A stretch of DNA of 64,000 bases. Source: Gammaproteobacteria bacterium. GTDB taxonomy: Bacteria; Pseudomonadota; Gammaproteobacteria; CBDBNL01; JAAOII01. The stretch's first letter is position 1. Every line of letters starts with the position of its first letter. This document shows, piece after piece, positions 29,191 through 42,825 of the stretch. The stretch spans positions 896,001 to 960,000 of the forward strand of contig OZ242372.1 in NCBI GenBank assembly GCA_965209035.1. The letters are read 5' to 3'. Under the pieces are notes generated by a model, which saw nothing but the letters and a program-made list of their open reading frames with translations, was not told the DNA's origin and did no database searches. Both the position numbers and the translations under genes were made by a program.

Positions 29191-29570
29191 TTGATTTTGA
29201 TTTTAATTAAAAAGTTAAATAATAAATGATTAAGACCGCTCTCCCGCATAGGAGGAACAGGTCATAACCTTATTAAGGATTATATCACAACCGAGCGGGG
29301 CTTTTTTTAAGTTAAGCACAACACAGATTTCGGTTGTTTGAATAAAGCGGTACGGAAATCCGTTTTCGTCATATGTACTCATATGATACGATGTGCACAC
29401 TTTTGGGTGTGTTTTCGGATTGGTTTTGTGGTTTTGGGGGAATAAGATTGCAATAAAAGATGATGTGGTTTTTGATTCTCACATAATCTCTTGAATCTTT
29501 GTTTGTAATAATAAGTGATGTAAATTTTTAGAGCCAACTCAAGCGCACAAATACGAGTGTTCGTCGTAAT

Positions 29571-32606
<3,036 letters not shown>

Positions 32607-32778
32607 ACATAACGCCGAACACTCAATAAAAACTCACCACGCTTGTCAGACAATGTCAGACAAATGTCGCTCGTCTTCTTAGAGATTTGTTCACGCTTGA
32701 ATTGACTCAAAGAATTTAATCACTTTTTTATTCTATTTTTACAGAACGGCGGTTAAGTTAAAATCCGCACGGACTTTA

Positions 32779-32787
32779 ATTATAACA
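32779..32787 (-). promoter_or_regulatory. Extended -10 promoter for the 23S gene
   Basis: TGTTATAAT on the minus strand ~170 nt upstream of the 23S 5' end; boxA-like TTCTTTGA near 32707-32714. Confidence 0.55.
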
Positions 32788-32796
32788 ACAATTTTA

Positions 32797-32882
32797 GGAA
32801 AAACCGGGTATTACAAAGAAATTTACACATTCGGGAAAATTCTTTTACCGAAAAAGGATATGGGAGTTTCCGGGCGGGGATT
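32797..32882. repeat. Direct repeat shared with 40635-40726
   Basis: ggaaaaaccg(g/a)gtattacaaagaaatttacac(a/c)ttcgg(g/t)aaaattctttt(a/g)ccg plus gagttt(c/t)cgggcgggg. Confidence 0.85.
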
Positions 32883-33006
32883 TAACTCCGGAAACGAACA
32901 AGCAACCGAAGCGAGACCAAATAATTTTTAGGGATACAACAATACTCTATATTTGCTATTGTGCTTATCGATCATACCGCCCAATCATGCCGCGCAAAGT
33001 ATTTTT

Positions 33007-33789
33007 TCACCAACAACTATAACCGCCGTCCGCAAGTAACACAGTGCCGGTTAACAAACTCGCCGCGTCTGTTGCTAAAAAAAGTGCCGCCGAAGCCACT
33101 TCCGCACATGTACCGAGCCTTTTCATAGGGGTATTCTCAATCCAGACCGGATAAAGCCTTTCGTCATGCTTGGCAAAATCATTCAGAGGAGTATCTATGT
33201 AAGTCGGCGCAACGGCATTCACCCGAACGCCTTTTTCCGCCCATTCGGCCGCCAAAGAGCGTGTCAATTGATGCACCGCCGCTTTGGAAGCGTTATAAAA
33301 AGATTGCGGTTGCGGCTTGTTAACGATAAACCCGGACATGGACCCAATGTTCACTATGGCGCCCGTCTTGCGCGCCAACATATGCCCGCCAAAAGCACGG
33401 CAGCACCAAAACAACCCGTTAAGATTAATATCCAAAACATTGAGCCAGTGTTCATCGGTGACTGTTTCCGCGGGAGTATCACTGCGGGCGATGCCCGCGT
33501 TGCAAACCAAAATATCCGTTTGTTGATCTCTTGTGTTATACTTCTCCGCAACCGCATGAACCTCCCGACTATCGGCAACATCCAAGCGGACAAACTCCGC
33601 ATCGGCACCCGCGGAACATAAATCGGCGGCGGCTTTTTCCCCGATTTCCTCCAAAATATCGGCAATAATCACACGCGCACCGCACTCGGCAAGAGCCTCT
33701 GCTATGGCAAAACCGATACTCTGAGCGCCTCCCGTAACAAAAGCGGTCTTCCCGCTCAAATCATATTTGGAAAGATAGGTTTTAGGCAT
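33007..33789 (-). CDS. SDR polyol dehydrogenase (galactitol dehydrogenase-like)
   Basis: TGGAQSIG, CNAGI, SMSGFIVNKPQ, YNASK. Confidence 0.88.
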   Translation of the reverse strand: MPKTYLSKYDLSGKTAFVTGGAQSIGFAIAEALAECGARVIIADILEEIGEKAAADLCSAGADAEFVRLDVADSREVHAVAEKYNTRDQQTDILVCNAGIARSDTPAETVTDEHWLNVLDINLNGLFWCCRAFGGHMLARKTGAIVNIGSMSGFIVNKPQPQSFYNASKAAVHQLTRSLAAEWAEKGVRVNAVAPTYIDTPLNDFAKHDERLYPVWIENTPMKRLGTCAEVASAALFLATDAASLLTGTVLLADGGYSCW

Positions 33790-33807
33790 TTTTTGATGTT
33801 AATGTCA

Positions 33808-34599
33808 TTACCAACAAGTATAACCGCCGTCCGCAAGGACAATACTGCCCGTCAGCAGGCTGGCGGCATCCGAAGCAAGAAACAGAACCACTGAAGCAAC
33901 TTCTTCGGCAGTGCCCATTCGTTTCATCGGCGTATTTTCTATCCAAACGGGGAACATATGCGCATCATTTTTGCCGAATTCACTCGCAGGCGTGTCTATA
34001 TATGTGGGCGCAACCGCATTCACGCGCACCCCCTTGTCCCCCCATTCGGCCGCCAAAGAACGCGTCAATTGATGGACGCCCGCTTTGGAAGCATTATAAA
34101 AACATTGGGGCTGCGGTTTATTAACGATAAAACCGGACATGGAACCTACGGTCACAATAGAGCCGCTTTGTCGTTTTAGCATATGCCCGCCAAAAGAACG
34201 GCAGCACCAAAAGACACCGTGCAAATTGACATTCATTACATCCAACCAGTGGCGATCTGGGACATCCTCGGCCGGGGTATCGCTGCGGACAATTCCGGCG
34301 TTGCATACCAAAATATCCACCGTCGCGTCATCCCCATTGGTGGCATCCGCCAAAGATTGCACCTGCTTGGAATCCGATGTATCCAAGTGTTTGAAAGAGA
34401 CATCATAGTGCATCTTGGCGAGAGACTCGGTTGCCTTCTCTCCGTTTTCAGCGGCGATGTCCGTCAATATGGTTTTGGCGCCGGCTTCCGCAAGGGCGGC
34501 GGCAATTGCATAGCCTATGCCTTGGGCGGCACCTGTCACCAATGCCGTCTTGCCGGTCAGGTCGTATTTGCTGAGATATTGCTTCTTCATTTTATTCAT
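33808..34599 (-). CDS. SDR polyol dehydrogenase, tandem paralog
   Basis: TGAAQGIG, CNAGI, SMSGFIVNKPQ, YNASK. Confidence 0.88.
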   Translation of the reverse strand: MNKMKKQYLSKYDLTGKTALVTGAAQGIGYAIAAALAEAGAKTILTDIAAENGEKATESLAKMHYDVSFKHLDTSDSKQVQSLADATNGDDATVDILVCNAGIVRSDTPAEDVPDRHWLDVMNVNLHGVFWCCRSFGGHMLKRQSGSIVTVGSMSGFIVNKPQPQCFYNASKAGVHQLTRSLAAEWGDKGVRVNAVAPTYIDTPASEFGKNDAHMFPVWIENTPMKRMGTAEEVASVVLFLASDAASLLTGSIVLADGGYTCW

Positions 34600-34646
34600 G
34601 GTTCGGAATGATGGATTAATGTTCCAGTTTTTAACTTAACGCCTTC

Positions 34647-35762
34647 TCATTGATTATTGTAAGAGCGCAAAGACTTCCCTTCCGCATCAAACAGATGACA
34701 AGCATCCATATTAAAAGAGATACTCAGATCATCCCCCACACGATATTCCAGATCCGGTTGAACGCGCAGATTAACAACGCCCAAAGCATCCGTATCCGCG
34801 TACAAATAAGTACTGTCCCCCAGCTGCTCCACCACGGAAATTTTACCGCGGCAATGACCGTCGCCACCACCCGGGGACGCAGTCACATGCTCCGGCCGAA
34901 TACCCATACTCACAATTTTGCCGGGTTTCAAGGCGGCGGAAGTGTATGCCAAACGGACGGCACGGCGCGCATCATCATCACCCAAACTTAAATTCACGGT
35001 GTTACCCGCCACGGAATGCCCGGCACAAGGGAAAAAATTCATTTTGGGTGAGCCGATAAACTCCGCCACAAAACGATTTGCCGGACGATGATACAGTTCC
35101 ATCGCCTTGCCCATCTGTTCTATGACGCCGCCTCTCATCACAACGATACGATCTGCCAGCGTCATCGCTTCCATCTGATCGTGTGTGACATAAATCATCG
35201 TAGTTTTTAGTCTGTGATGCAGATGGGCGAGTTCCAACCGCATCTGCACCCGAAGTGCGGCGTCAAGATTGGAAAGAGGCTCGTCAAACAGAAAAGCGAC
35301 CGGCTGGCGGGCAATCGCACGCCCGATAGCCACCCGTTGCCTCTGCCCGCCCGACAGGGCACGCGGCTTTCTATTAAGCAAGGCACTAATTTCCAAGGTC
35401 TTGGCGACTTCCAACACTTGTTTATCTATTTGATCTTTCGGCAAGCCCGCAAGTTTTAATCCGAAGGCAATGTTGCCGCGGACTGTCATATGCGGATACA
35501 AAGCATAACTTTGAAAAACCATAGCCAACCCTCTTTTGGCGGAGGGAACATTATTAACATTTCGGTCACCTATCAGAATGTTGCCGGCATCCGTTTGTTC
35601 CAATCCGGCAATACAACGCAGAAGAGTGGTCTTCCCGCAACCGGAAGGCCCGAGAAGCACCAAAAATTCGCCGGAATGGATTTGCAGATCGATCTCTTTA
35701 AGCACCGGCGGTTCGTCCTGACCGAAGCCCTTTTTAATTTTTTGAAGAATAATATCAGACAT
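34647..35762 (-). CDS. smoK: Polyol ABC transporter ATP-binding protein (SmoK/MtlK-like)
   Basis: GPSGCGKT, VFQSYALYPHM, LSGGQRQR, DEPLSNLD, C-terminal TOBE-like domain. Confidence 0.88.
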   Translation of the reverse strand: MSDIILQKIKKGFGQDEPPVLKEIDLQIHSGEFLVLLGPSGCGKTTLLRCIAGLEQTDAGNILIGDRNVNNVPSAKRGLAMVFQSYALYPHMTVRGNIAFGLKLAGLPKDQIDKQVLEVAKTLEISALLNRKPRALSGGQRQRVAIGRAIARQPVAFLFDEPLSNLDAALRVQMRLELAHLHHRLKTTMIYVTHDQMEAMTLADRIVVMRGGVIEQMGKAMELYHRPANRFVAEFIGSPKMNFFPCAGHSVAGNTVNLSLGDDDARRAVRLAYTSAALKPGKIVSMGIRPEHVTASPGGGDGHCRGKISVVEQLGDSTYLYADTDALGVVNLRVQPDLEYRVGDDLSISFNMDACHLFDAEGKSLRSYNNQ

Positions 35763-35798
35763 TTTTTAATGATTATTTGTTGTTTAACTGTTTACTGT

Positions 35799-36629
35799 TT
35801 ATTTGACCGCCCCGAAAGTGAGGCCGCGCACTAATTGACGTTGGCAGAACCATCCCAAAACCATAATCGGCATCACCGCCATCGCGGACGCGGCGGAAAG
35901 TTTCGCCCAAAAAAGCCCTTCCGGACTGGAATAAGAAGCAATAAAGGCGGTTAAAGGGCCCGCATCCGAAGCGGTGAGATTAAGTGTCCAAAATGCCTCG
36001 TTCCATGACAATATGATGATGAGCAAAGCCGACGAAAAGATACCGGGAGAAGTCAAAGGCAACAAGACATAAAAAATCTCTTCCCGGATTTTTGCCCCGT
36101 CCATTCTTGCAGCCTCCAAAATATCCGGCGGCACCTCCTTGAAATAGGTGAACAGCATCCAGATGAGAATTGGCAAATTGATCAGAGTCATGATGATAAT
36201 TAAGCCCCAGCGGGTATCCAATAAACCGCCGCTCTTAAACAAAAGATAAATCGGAATCAAAACACCTACGGGAGGAAGCATCTTTGTGGAAAGCATCCAC
36301 ATCAGCACGCCTCTTGTTCGGCGCGTGGGGTGAAATGCCATAGACCAAACCGCCGGCACAGCGATCAGAAGTCCGATAAAGGTAGACCCAAAAGCAATAA
36401 CAACCGAATTGAAAAAGAATTTCAGATAATCGCTGCGTTCTTGCACCACCAAAAAATTTTCCAAGGTGGCATCAAACCAAAAAAACAAGGGAGGTGTGTT
36501 AAATGCATCTATTTCAGTTTTGAATGCCGTCAAAAACATCCAGTAAATCGGGAAGAATATCACCAGAGCAACCAACCAAGCCAACAAACTCAACAGGAGC
36601 GTCGGCAATAAACGGGATTTTTGCCCCAT
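35799..36629 (-). CDS. smoG: Polyol ABC transporter permease (SmoG/MtlG-like)
   Basis: WMLSTKMLP, EAARMDGA, SYSSPEGLFWAKLSAAS, LVRGLTFGAVK. Confidence 0.88.
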   Translation of the reverse strand: MGQKSRLLPTLLLSLLAWLVALVIFFPIYWMFLTAFKTEIDAFNTPPLFFWFDATLENFLVVQERSDYLKFFFNSVVIAFGSTFIGLLIAVPAVWSMAFHPTRRTRGVLMWMLSTKMLPPVGVLIPIYLLFKSGGLLDTRWGLIIIMTLINLPILIWMLFTYFKEVPPDILEAARMDGAKIREEIFYVLLPLTSPGIFSSALLIIILSWNEAFWTLNLTASDAGPLTAFIASYSSPEGLFWAKLSAASAMAVMPIMVLGWFCQRQLVRGLTFGAVK

Positions 36630-37513
36630 CATGTGGAAAGGCTCTTGCCCACTACGCGCAGCAGAAAAATCGCCACGATATTCGCCAATATCACGGCAAT
36701 GATACCGCCCGCCGAGCCTACGCCAACATCAAACTCCAACAACGAACTGGAATAAACAAGAAACGCTATGTTGGTTGTGGCGGCACCGGGCCCGCCGGAA
36801 GTTGTAACAAAAATTTCCGCAAACACGGTCAGCAAAAAAATCATTTCAATTAAAACCACTATGGACATTGCGCGCGCCAGATGCGGGACAATAATGTAAA
36901 AGAAGTAGACCAGCGGACCCGCCCCGTCCATTCGGGCCGCATCCTTTTGTTCTTCGTCAAGAGATTGCAAGGATGTAAACAAAATTAATGTTGCAAACGG
37001 CAGCCACTGCCAGGCTATGATAATAATAATGGAAGTTAGCGGGAGATCGGTAAACCAATCAATTGCTTCTAGCCCAAACAAGGATGCTAAATAAGCAAAC
37101 AGCCCCGACACAGGGTGCATCAGAAGATTCTTCCAGACCAAAGCACTGACGGTAGGCATAATAAAAAACGGAGAAATGATCAACAATCTAACAATGCCTC
37201 GCCCCCAAATGTGCTGATCCAAAAGGACCGCCAGCAGGGTACCAAAAACGATATTAATCGTTAGAATAGCGACAAGCATTACCAGAGTATTGATTAAAGC
37301 ACGGATAAAAATAGCATCCGTGAGAAAGAATTGATAATTAAACAGCCCCGCCCACTCAATGGATCCCGGCTGGAGCAGATTATATCTTAGCAAAGAAAAA
37401 TAAAGCGTCATAGCCAAAGGCACCGCCATCCATACCAGCAACAGCCCAATAGCCGGATAAACCGGCAAGCGATTGACAAGGTTTGACGAATTACCGGACA
37501 TCTGTAGTATCAA
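36629..37513 (-). CDS. smoF: Polyol ABC transporter permease (SmoF/MtlF-like)
   Basis: WMAVPLAMTLYFS, WQWLPFA, AARMDGA, EIFVTTSGGPG. Confidence 0.88.
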   Translation of the reverse strand: MILQMSGNSSNLVNRLPVYPAIGLLLVWMAVPLAMTLYFSLLRYNLLQPGSIEWAGLFNYQFFLTDAIFIRALINTLVMLVAILTINIVFGTLLAVLLDQHIWGRGIVRLLIISPFFIMPTVSALVWKNLLMHPVSGLFAYLASLFGLEAIDWFTDLPLTSIIIIIAWQWLPFATLILFTSLQSLDEEQKDAARMDGAGPLVYFFYIIVPHLARAMSIVVLIEMIFLLTVFAEIFVTTSGGPGAATTNIAFLVYSSSLLEFDVGVGSAGGIIAVILANIVAIFLLRVVGKSLST

Positions 37514-37530
37514 TATAAAACCGGAAGGTT

Positions 37531-37581
37531 AAAAAAAGATGGTGTACACCCTTCAAAAATAGTTGAGGGGGACACCATCTT
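37531..37581 (-). terminator. Hairpin with U tract between smoE and smoF (intra-operon terminator/stabiliser)
   Basis: AAGATGGTGT.CCC.TCAA..TTGAAGGG..ACACCATCTTTTTTT. Confidence 0.7.
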
Positions 37582-37603
37582 GTTGGTTAGTTAACGAAGA
37601 GGT

Positions 37604-38923
37604 TTATTTTTTATAATAACCGCCCTTCTTCATAGTGCGCTCAGTGAATTGCTGCGCATTTCTAAGCGCTTTTTCCACTGTGACCGAGCCCGCCAATGCG
37701 GCGGAAAACTCCTGGCCAACGCGTGTTCCTATGCCCTGAAATTCCGGTATGGCTACAAACTGCACACCGACATAAGGCTTCGGCTTCAAAGTGCCCGTAA
37801 TCGGATCCGCGCTTTGAATTGCTTCCAAAGTCCTTGCGGCAAAAGGTGCCGCACGCAGATATTTGGGATTCTTATATAAAGAAGTGCGCGTGCCGGGCGG
37901 AACATTAGCCCAACCTTCTTGTCCGGCAACCAGTTCCAAATATGCCTTGGAAGTTGCCCAGGCAACGAATTTTTTGGCAGCCGCTTCCTTCTTGGTTCCC
38001 GCGGGAATACCCAAGGACCATGCCCAGAGCCAGTTAGAACCGCGTTTTGTAATTGCTTGGGGTGCCAGGGCAAAATCAATTTGATCATGCACCTTGCTGT
38101 CCTTCGGATTGGTTACAAAACTGGCAGCCACCGTGGCATCTATCCACATTCCACACTTACCGGAGTTGAACAAAGCAAGGTTCTCATTAAAACCGTTGCT
38201 GCTTGCCCCGGGAGGCCCGTAATGGGTAAGAATATCCACATAAAAATTAAGGGCGTGGTTCCAGGCCGCCGTATCAAATTGCGGTTGCCATTCTTCGTCA
38301 AACCATCTGGCTCCAAACGAATTGGCGACCGTAGTGATAAACGCCGCATTTTCTCCCCAACCCGGCTTGCCTCTCAGACAGATGCCGTAAACATTGGGAG
38401 GATTATGAATAGCCCGAGCGAACTCATAGACTTCACCCCAAGTCGGCGCATCCGGCATTTTCAGATTTTTTGCCGCAAACAGATCACGACGATACATCGT
38501 CATAGAACTTTCGCCATAAAAAGGAGACGCATAAAGTTTGCCGTTATAAGACAACCCGTTCCGAATTGCCGGCAGCAGATCATCAACATCATAAGCGGCA
38601 CCCAGATCATCCAGGGGAACCAGCCAGTTATCTTTGGCCCAAATAGGCACCTCGTAGGTCCCGATTGTCAACACATCAAACTGACCGCCCTTTGTGGCGA
38701 TATCCGTTGTAACACGCTGACGCAAAGTGTTTTCTTCCAGAATAACCCAATTTAAGGTGATATCAGGATTTGCCTTAGTAAACGCCGGCGACAATTTTTG
38801 CATACGCACCATATCGCCGTTATTCACTGTGGCTATGGTAATATCCACTGCAAACACTTTCACGGAAAAAAGTAAAAGTGTGGCAATGAAGGATAGCCCA
38901 AATGTTTTTAATATTTTTTTCAT
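37604..38923 (-). CDS. smoE: Sorbitol/mannitol ABC transporter substrate-binding protein (SmoE/MtlE-like)
   Basis: TIATVNNGDM, LEENTLRQRVTTDIATKGGQFD, PFYGESS, CLRGKPGWGEN. Confidence 0.92.
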   Translation of the reverse strand: MKKILKTFGLSFIATLLLFSVKVFAVDITIATVNNGDMVRMQKLSPAFTKANPDITLNWVILEENTLRQRVTTDIATKGGQFDVLTIGTYEVPIWAKDNWLVPLDDLGAAYDVDDLLPAIRNGLSYNGKLYASPFYGESSMTMYRRDLFAAKNLKMPDAPTWGEVYEFARAIHNPPNVYGICLRGKPGWGENAAFITTVANSFGARWFDEEWQPQFDTAAWNHALNFYVDILTHYGPPGASSNGFNENLALFNSGKCGMWIDATVAASFVTNPKDSKVHDQIDFALAPQAITKRGSNWLWAWSLGIPAGTKKEAAAKKFVAWATSKAYLELVAGQEGWANVPPGTRTSLYKNPKYLRAAPFAARTLEAIQSADPITGTLKPKPYVGVQFVAIPEFQGIGTRVGQEFSAALAGSVTVEKALRNAQQFTERTMKKGGYYKK

Positions 38924-39079
38924 CTTATTATTTTCTTTGTTAGTTTCATTTAATATAATAAAAAATAATCATTCGGTACTTTTTTAATGATGCAATAATG
39001 CCTCGGCACTATATATAACATATATATAACATATACACGCCACATCAAGCCGAATGATATTTGGCATATTATACAATAA

Positions 39080-40129
39080 TCAATCTTTTATCATCCTATT
39101 TGTATGATCCCACCCATTTCTGGACTTTTTTTGTTTTTGCAAAAACTGGATTGGCGAGAGTTGTTTGAGAGCATAATGGGGACGTTCCAGATTATACCAA
39201 GCCAACCACTCGATGAGTTTGGCGTTGAATGCTGGCATATCCTTAACCAAGAGATGCCGCATATGACAACCGAACTCTTCCCAGAGAGTGCGATTAAACC
39301 GTTCGCAGTGTGCATTCATTTGCGGTTTCCTTGGATAAGTATACCAGTGGGTGCTGCCGTTTGCGGTCACGACCCGGTGAAAGTCTTTGGCGAACTCACT
39401 GCCATTATCGGTGAGGACTTTTTCGATCCGAGTGCCGAGTATGTTTTGCATGGCGGTAAAGAGCTGGGCGGAACTGGCCGAAGCAGCCGAGGTGTCGACA
39501 CTGACCAGTGAGAAGCGGGAAAATAGATCAATGCCGACATGCCAATAAAAGCGCCGGCCATCGACGATGCGGACGAGCGTATCAAAGGCAACACATTCAC
39601 CTCTCCGGCCCGCAACAAAGCGGATGTCCTTGCGCTCGCGCGGAGCACCTTGCCGCAGGCGTTTCGGCACGGACCGCGATGGTTTGCACCGCATCTTATC
39701 CGGGTCATCGGCAATGATGCGAGAGAGCGTTGATTGGCTGGGCAGCGGCAGCCCGCGCTGCTGACACCATTCGGGTAACAAGCAGACCAGTTTACCGGCA
39801 CCGATGTTCGGACGCTGTTGTCGCCAAGATCGGATCTTGGTAATCAGTGCCGGTGGCCAGGTGTTGGACCGCTTGGGCTGATACCCATAGTTGTTCGCCA
39901 GTTCATCGACCCCGCCTTCACGGAAACGCCGCTGCCACTCGTAGAATGTAGCACGACTGATCCTGGCATGATCCAACGCGGCCGCGACACCATGTTTGCG
40001 CGCGAACGCTAAGGTGTCCAGTTTGATTTTGGTGGTTTTAGACATGTTTGAATATTTGTTTGCTAAAACCACCATTTTATTGAAACCGCGCACGCGATAA
40101 CCAATGTAGTGTAAACGTGTTCCTCTCAT
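39080..40129 (-). CDS. IS481 family transposase (integrase core)
   Basis: N-terminal HTH ISRATFYEW, AFDT, LTDNGSEF, PQMNAHCERFNRT, YNLERPH. Confidence 0.88.
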   Translation of the reverse strand: MRGTRLHYIGYRVRGFNKMVVLANKYSNMSKTTKIKLDTLAFARKHGVAAALDHARISRATFYEWQRRFREGGVDELANNYGYQPKRSNTWPPALITKIRSWRQQRPNIGAGKLVCLLPEWCQQRGLPLPSQSTLSRIIADDPDKMRCKPSRSVPKRLRQGAPRERKDIRFVAGRRGECVAFDTLVRIVDGRRFYWHVGIDLFSRFSLVSVDTSAASASSAQLFTAMQNILGTRIEKVLTDNGSEFAKDFHRVVTANGSTHWYTYPRKPQMNAHCERFNRTLWEEFGCHMRHLLVKDMPAFNAKLIEWLAWYNLERPHYALKQLSPIQFLQKQKKSRNGWDHTNRMIKD

Positions 40130-40213
40130 TTCAAATCACCTCCGCGGTGCAGCCGCTCTCGCACACCGTACCGTCTTGCCAGCGGATACACCTAGACAGT
40201 TTTATCAACAACA
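39101..40213 (-). mobile_element. IS481-family insertion sequence
   Basis: TGT...ACA termini; 39101 end confirmed by copies at 15473/15557; the other end is approximate and no TSD was seen. Confidence 0.7.
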
Positions 40214-40420
40214 AGCCTCCGCTGTCTGCGGCGGTGAGAGCAAAACAGCTATCCATCTTTCTTGCCCGTTTCATTCATCTAGCTCCACATACCGGAGACC
40301 CGTTGCCGGATCTATTTTCGACCCGTCCGACAGAACATCCGGCTGCTTGATCTGAGGACGCACAATACCAAACTCAGAGTCCAGAACCTTTATGAGATCA
40401 TGCACTATTTTGTCCCATTT

Positions 40421-40452
40421 TATATAATCCCACCTATTTTTAAATTTTCTTG
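40421..40452. mobile_element. Degenerate IS481 end abutting a truncated gene tail (40271-40420)
   Basis: tatataatcccacctatttttaaattttcttg resembles tgtatgatcccacccatttctggactttttttg. Confidence 0.5.
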
Positions 40453-40696
40453 TTAAAGAACGGAACAAGTATCAGTGGGTTTGTTTTGGCTGCAATTAAA
40501 CTGCCCGTATTTTGGGGATAGCGGTTGAACCTCGAGCCTCGTGCTATCCCGGCAAGGCTTTGGATTGCTATGGGTATGAGAGTTTGGGGAGTATGATGGT
40601 TTGGGGGGTATGAGAGTTGGGAAGTTCGGTATTTGGAAAAAACCGAGTATTACAAAGAAATTTACACCTTCGGTAAAATTCTTTTGCCGTGACCTT

Positions 40697-41161
40697 CTAT
40701 ATGAACAGAGTTTTCGGGCGGGGTATCGGCTCTTTCCTAAGGAGATATCGGACACCTTTAATGAAGCGCAAAAGAGCCCACAAAAGCAACAGAACATAAG
40801 GATGAAAAACAACCAAAAGAGTCGTCAGCGGCAAGCCCTGTCCGAATAACGAAACACTGCCGAGACCGGGAGCGAATAGCATATGCCAGCCAATCATTTG
40901 ACCGATAACATCAGATCCCAAGCCGAACTGCCGGGCAAGACCCCACAACAACAGAGTTGCCAGGACCCCATAACCGACAAATAGCCAGAAACTGCGTATT
41001 TGATAAACGAAGTGCGTTCTTTCGGCTGTGTTAGATTCGGGAAGGTAGGCATAAGCCAAGACCAAGGCAACCAAAACAAGGGTGCCTTGACCGGCAATGC
41101 CAATCGCGAACAGCCAGTAAATCACCATTAACAACGGCGTCTTTAAAGAAGATGCTTCCAT
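40697..41161 (-). CDS. DUF4870-like membrane protein
   Basis: LVLAY..ERTHFVYQIRSFW..RFIKG..L..EPIPRPKT. Confidence 0.75.
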   Translation of the reverse strand: MEASSLKTPLLMVIYWLFAIGIAGQGTLVLVALVLAYAYLPESNTAERTHFVYQIRSFWLFVGYGVLATLLLWGLARQFGLGSDVIGQMIGWHMLFAPGLGSVSLFGQGLPLTTLLVVFHPYVLLLLWALLRFIKGVRYLLRKEPIPRPKTLFI

Positions 41162-41517
41162 AATAATCGTAAAATTGAAAGTAATGTTTGTTTATTATAA
41201 CTATTTCTCTTTGCAAAACACTTGTCGCATAGTTTCAAACTCGCCCGGTTCGCTCATGAGTTCGCCCACGGATATTCGCACCGAGTGCCGGGTGCTATCT
41301 CTTTCCTATCTGCTTTTCCACTTACTTTCCCGCCTACTTTCCTGCTTTCTTCAATGATGTCTTATGATCTGATTAAAGACGCCAAACGCACCACGCACCA
41401 CGCACCACACATGCCCGGAACAAGCCCGTTCATCCCCGGAAAACTAAAGAGAACCCCGTCAATAAATATACCACTCACTCATACCACCCATACCAACATA
41501 TTGAATTCGCTAAATCC

Positions 41518-42675
41518 GTGACCCGCGAGCATCCCCCATCCTCTCAAAATGTGCCAGCCGGCGACCGCCCACAGTCTCGGCCGGCAAAAAGCCCGTATCA
41601 CCTTGCCACTTACGACTACTCACTGCCCGAGCATCTCATCGCCAAGTTCCCCGCCAAAAGACGAGCGGATGCCCGCCTGCTTAACCTCACAAAAGGAAAA
41701 ACGGCAGACACCCACACCCGCCGTCTCCCCGCACTACTCCGCAAGGGCGATGTCCTCGTCCTGAACAACACCAAGGTCCTGCCCGCCCGACTGGAAGCGC
41801 TCAAACAAACCGGCGGCAAGGCGGAAGTGTTACTGAATCGGTTTTTCAGCCCCACCGAAGCGGAAGCCATGATTCGCACCGCCCGACCGCCCCGCCCCGG
41901 CGAGACACTTGTCCTCGCCAATGCCCCCAAGGTGGGTCTCCGGATCCTAAGACGCACGGATGCGTTTTTTGTTCTGCAATTACCGGACGGCGGCGACTTT
42001 CATACCATCTGCCAGCAATACGGCAAGTTGCCCCTGCCCCCCTACATCAAACGCCCGCCCGGGCCGGCGGACTACAGAAGATACCAAACCGCCTTCGCCA
42101 AACAACCGGGAGCCGTTGCCGCCCCCACCGCCGGACTGCATCTGAGCAATCCCTTATTAAAGAGCATGCGAGAAATCGGGGTGCAAACAGCGGAAATCAC
42201 CCTGCATACCGGCGCCGCCACCTTCGCCCCCATCCGCGCCAAAGATATCCGCCAACACAAGATGCATTACGAATGGTGCCGAGTCTCCGACAAAACCGCC
42301 CGGATCCTCAATTCGGCAAAACAACAAGGCCGGCGTATCGTCGCCGTCGGCACAACTTCTTTGCGCACCTTGGAAACCATATGGCAAAAAAAGGAATTCT
42401 CACCCTACGCCGGCTGGACAAATCTGTTTGTTTATCCGGGCGGGCGGCCAATCCAAACCGCAGATCTCCTGTTCACCAATTTCCACCTGCCCCGTTCCAG
42501 CCTGATGTTGCTTGTCTGTGCTTTTGGCGGCACCGAGACGATGCTAAATGCCTACGCCCATGCCATCGCCCTGGAATATCGGTTTTTTTCCTATGGGGAT
42601 GCAATGCTGATAGAGCGCAACCAACAACCAGCGGGACACGCAAGCACCCGCCTGAACGCGAACGCCACCTACTGA
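41518..42675 (+). CDS. queA: tRNA preQ1(34) S-adenosylmethionine ribosyltransferase-isomerase
   Basis: YDYSLP, NNTKVLPARL, LPLPPYI, AVAAPTAGLH, VGTTSLR, TNFHLPRS, FFSYGDAM. Confidence 0.96.
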   Translation: MTREHPPSSQNVPAGDRPQSRPAKSPYHLATYDYSLPEHLIAKFPAKRRADARLLNLTKGKTADTHTRRLPALLRKGDVLVLNNTKVLPARLEALKQTGGKAEVLLNRFFSPTEAEAMIRTARPPRPGETLVLANAPKVGLRILRRTDAFFVLQLPDGGDFHTICQQYGKLPLPPYIKRPPGPADYRRYQTAFAKQPGAVAAPTAGLHLSNPLLKSMREIGVQTAEITLHTGAATFAPIRAKDIRQHKMHYEWCRVSDKTARILNSAKQQGRRIVAVGTTSLRTLETIWQKKEFSPYAGWTNLFVYPGGRPIQTADLLFTNFHLPRSSLMLLVCAFGGTETMLNAYAHAIALEYRFFSYGDAMLIERNQQPAGHASTRLNANATY

Positions 42676-42756
42676 ACGGATGCCTTAAAAAGAAGTGTTA
42701 GAAAAAACGACGGCGAGAATCCTTGATTCGGTCTCGCCCGGCTCCGCCCTCGCCGC

Positions 42757-42787
<31 letters not shown>

Positions 42788-42825
42788 GAGAAGCCGGCAA
42801 AACCGAAACGCTTCTTTTAAAAGTG

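Noticed and set aside
29200-29570. 5S rRNA downstream of the 23S
   Set aside because: No conserved 5S motifs recognised on either strand; the region is low-complexity and AT-rich.
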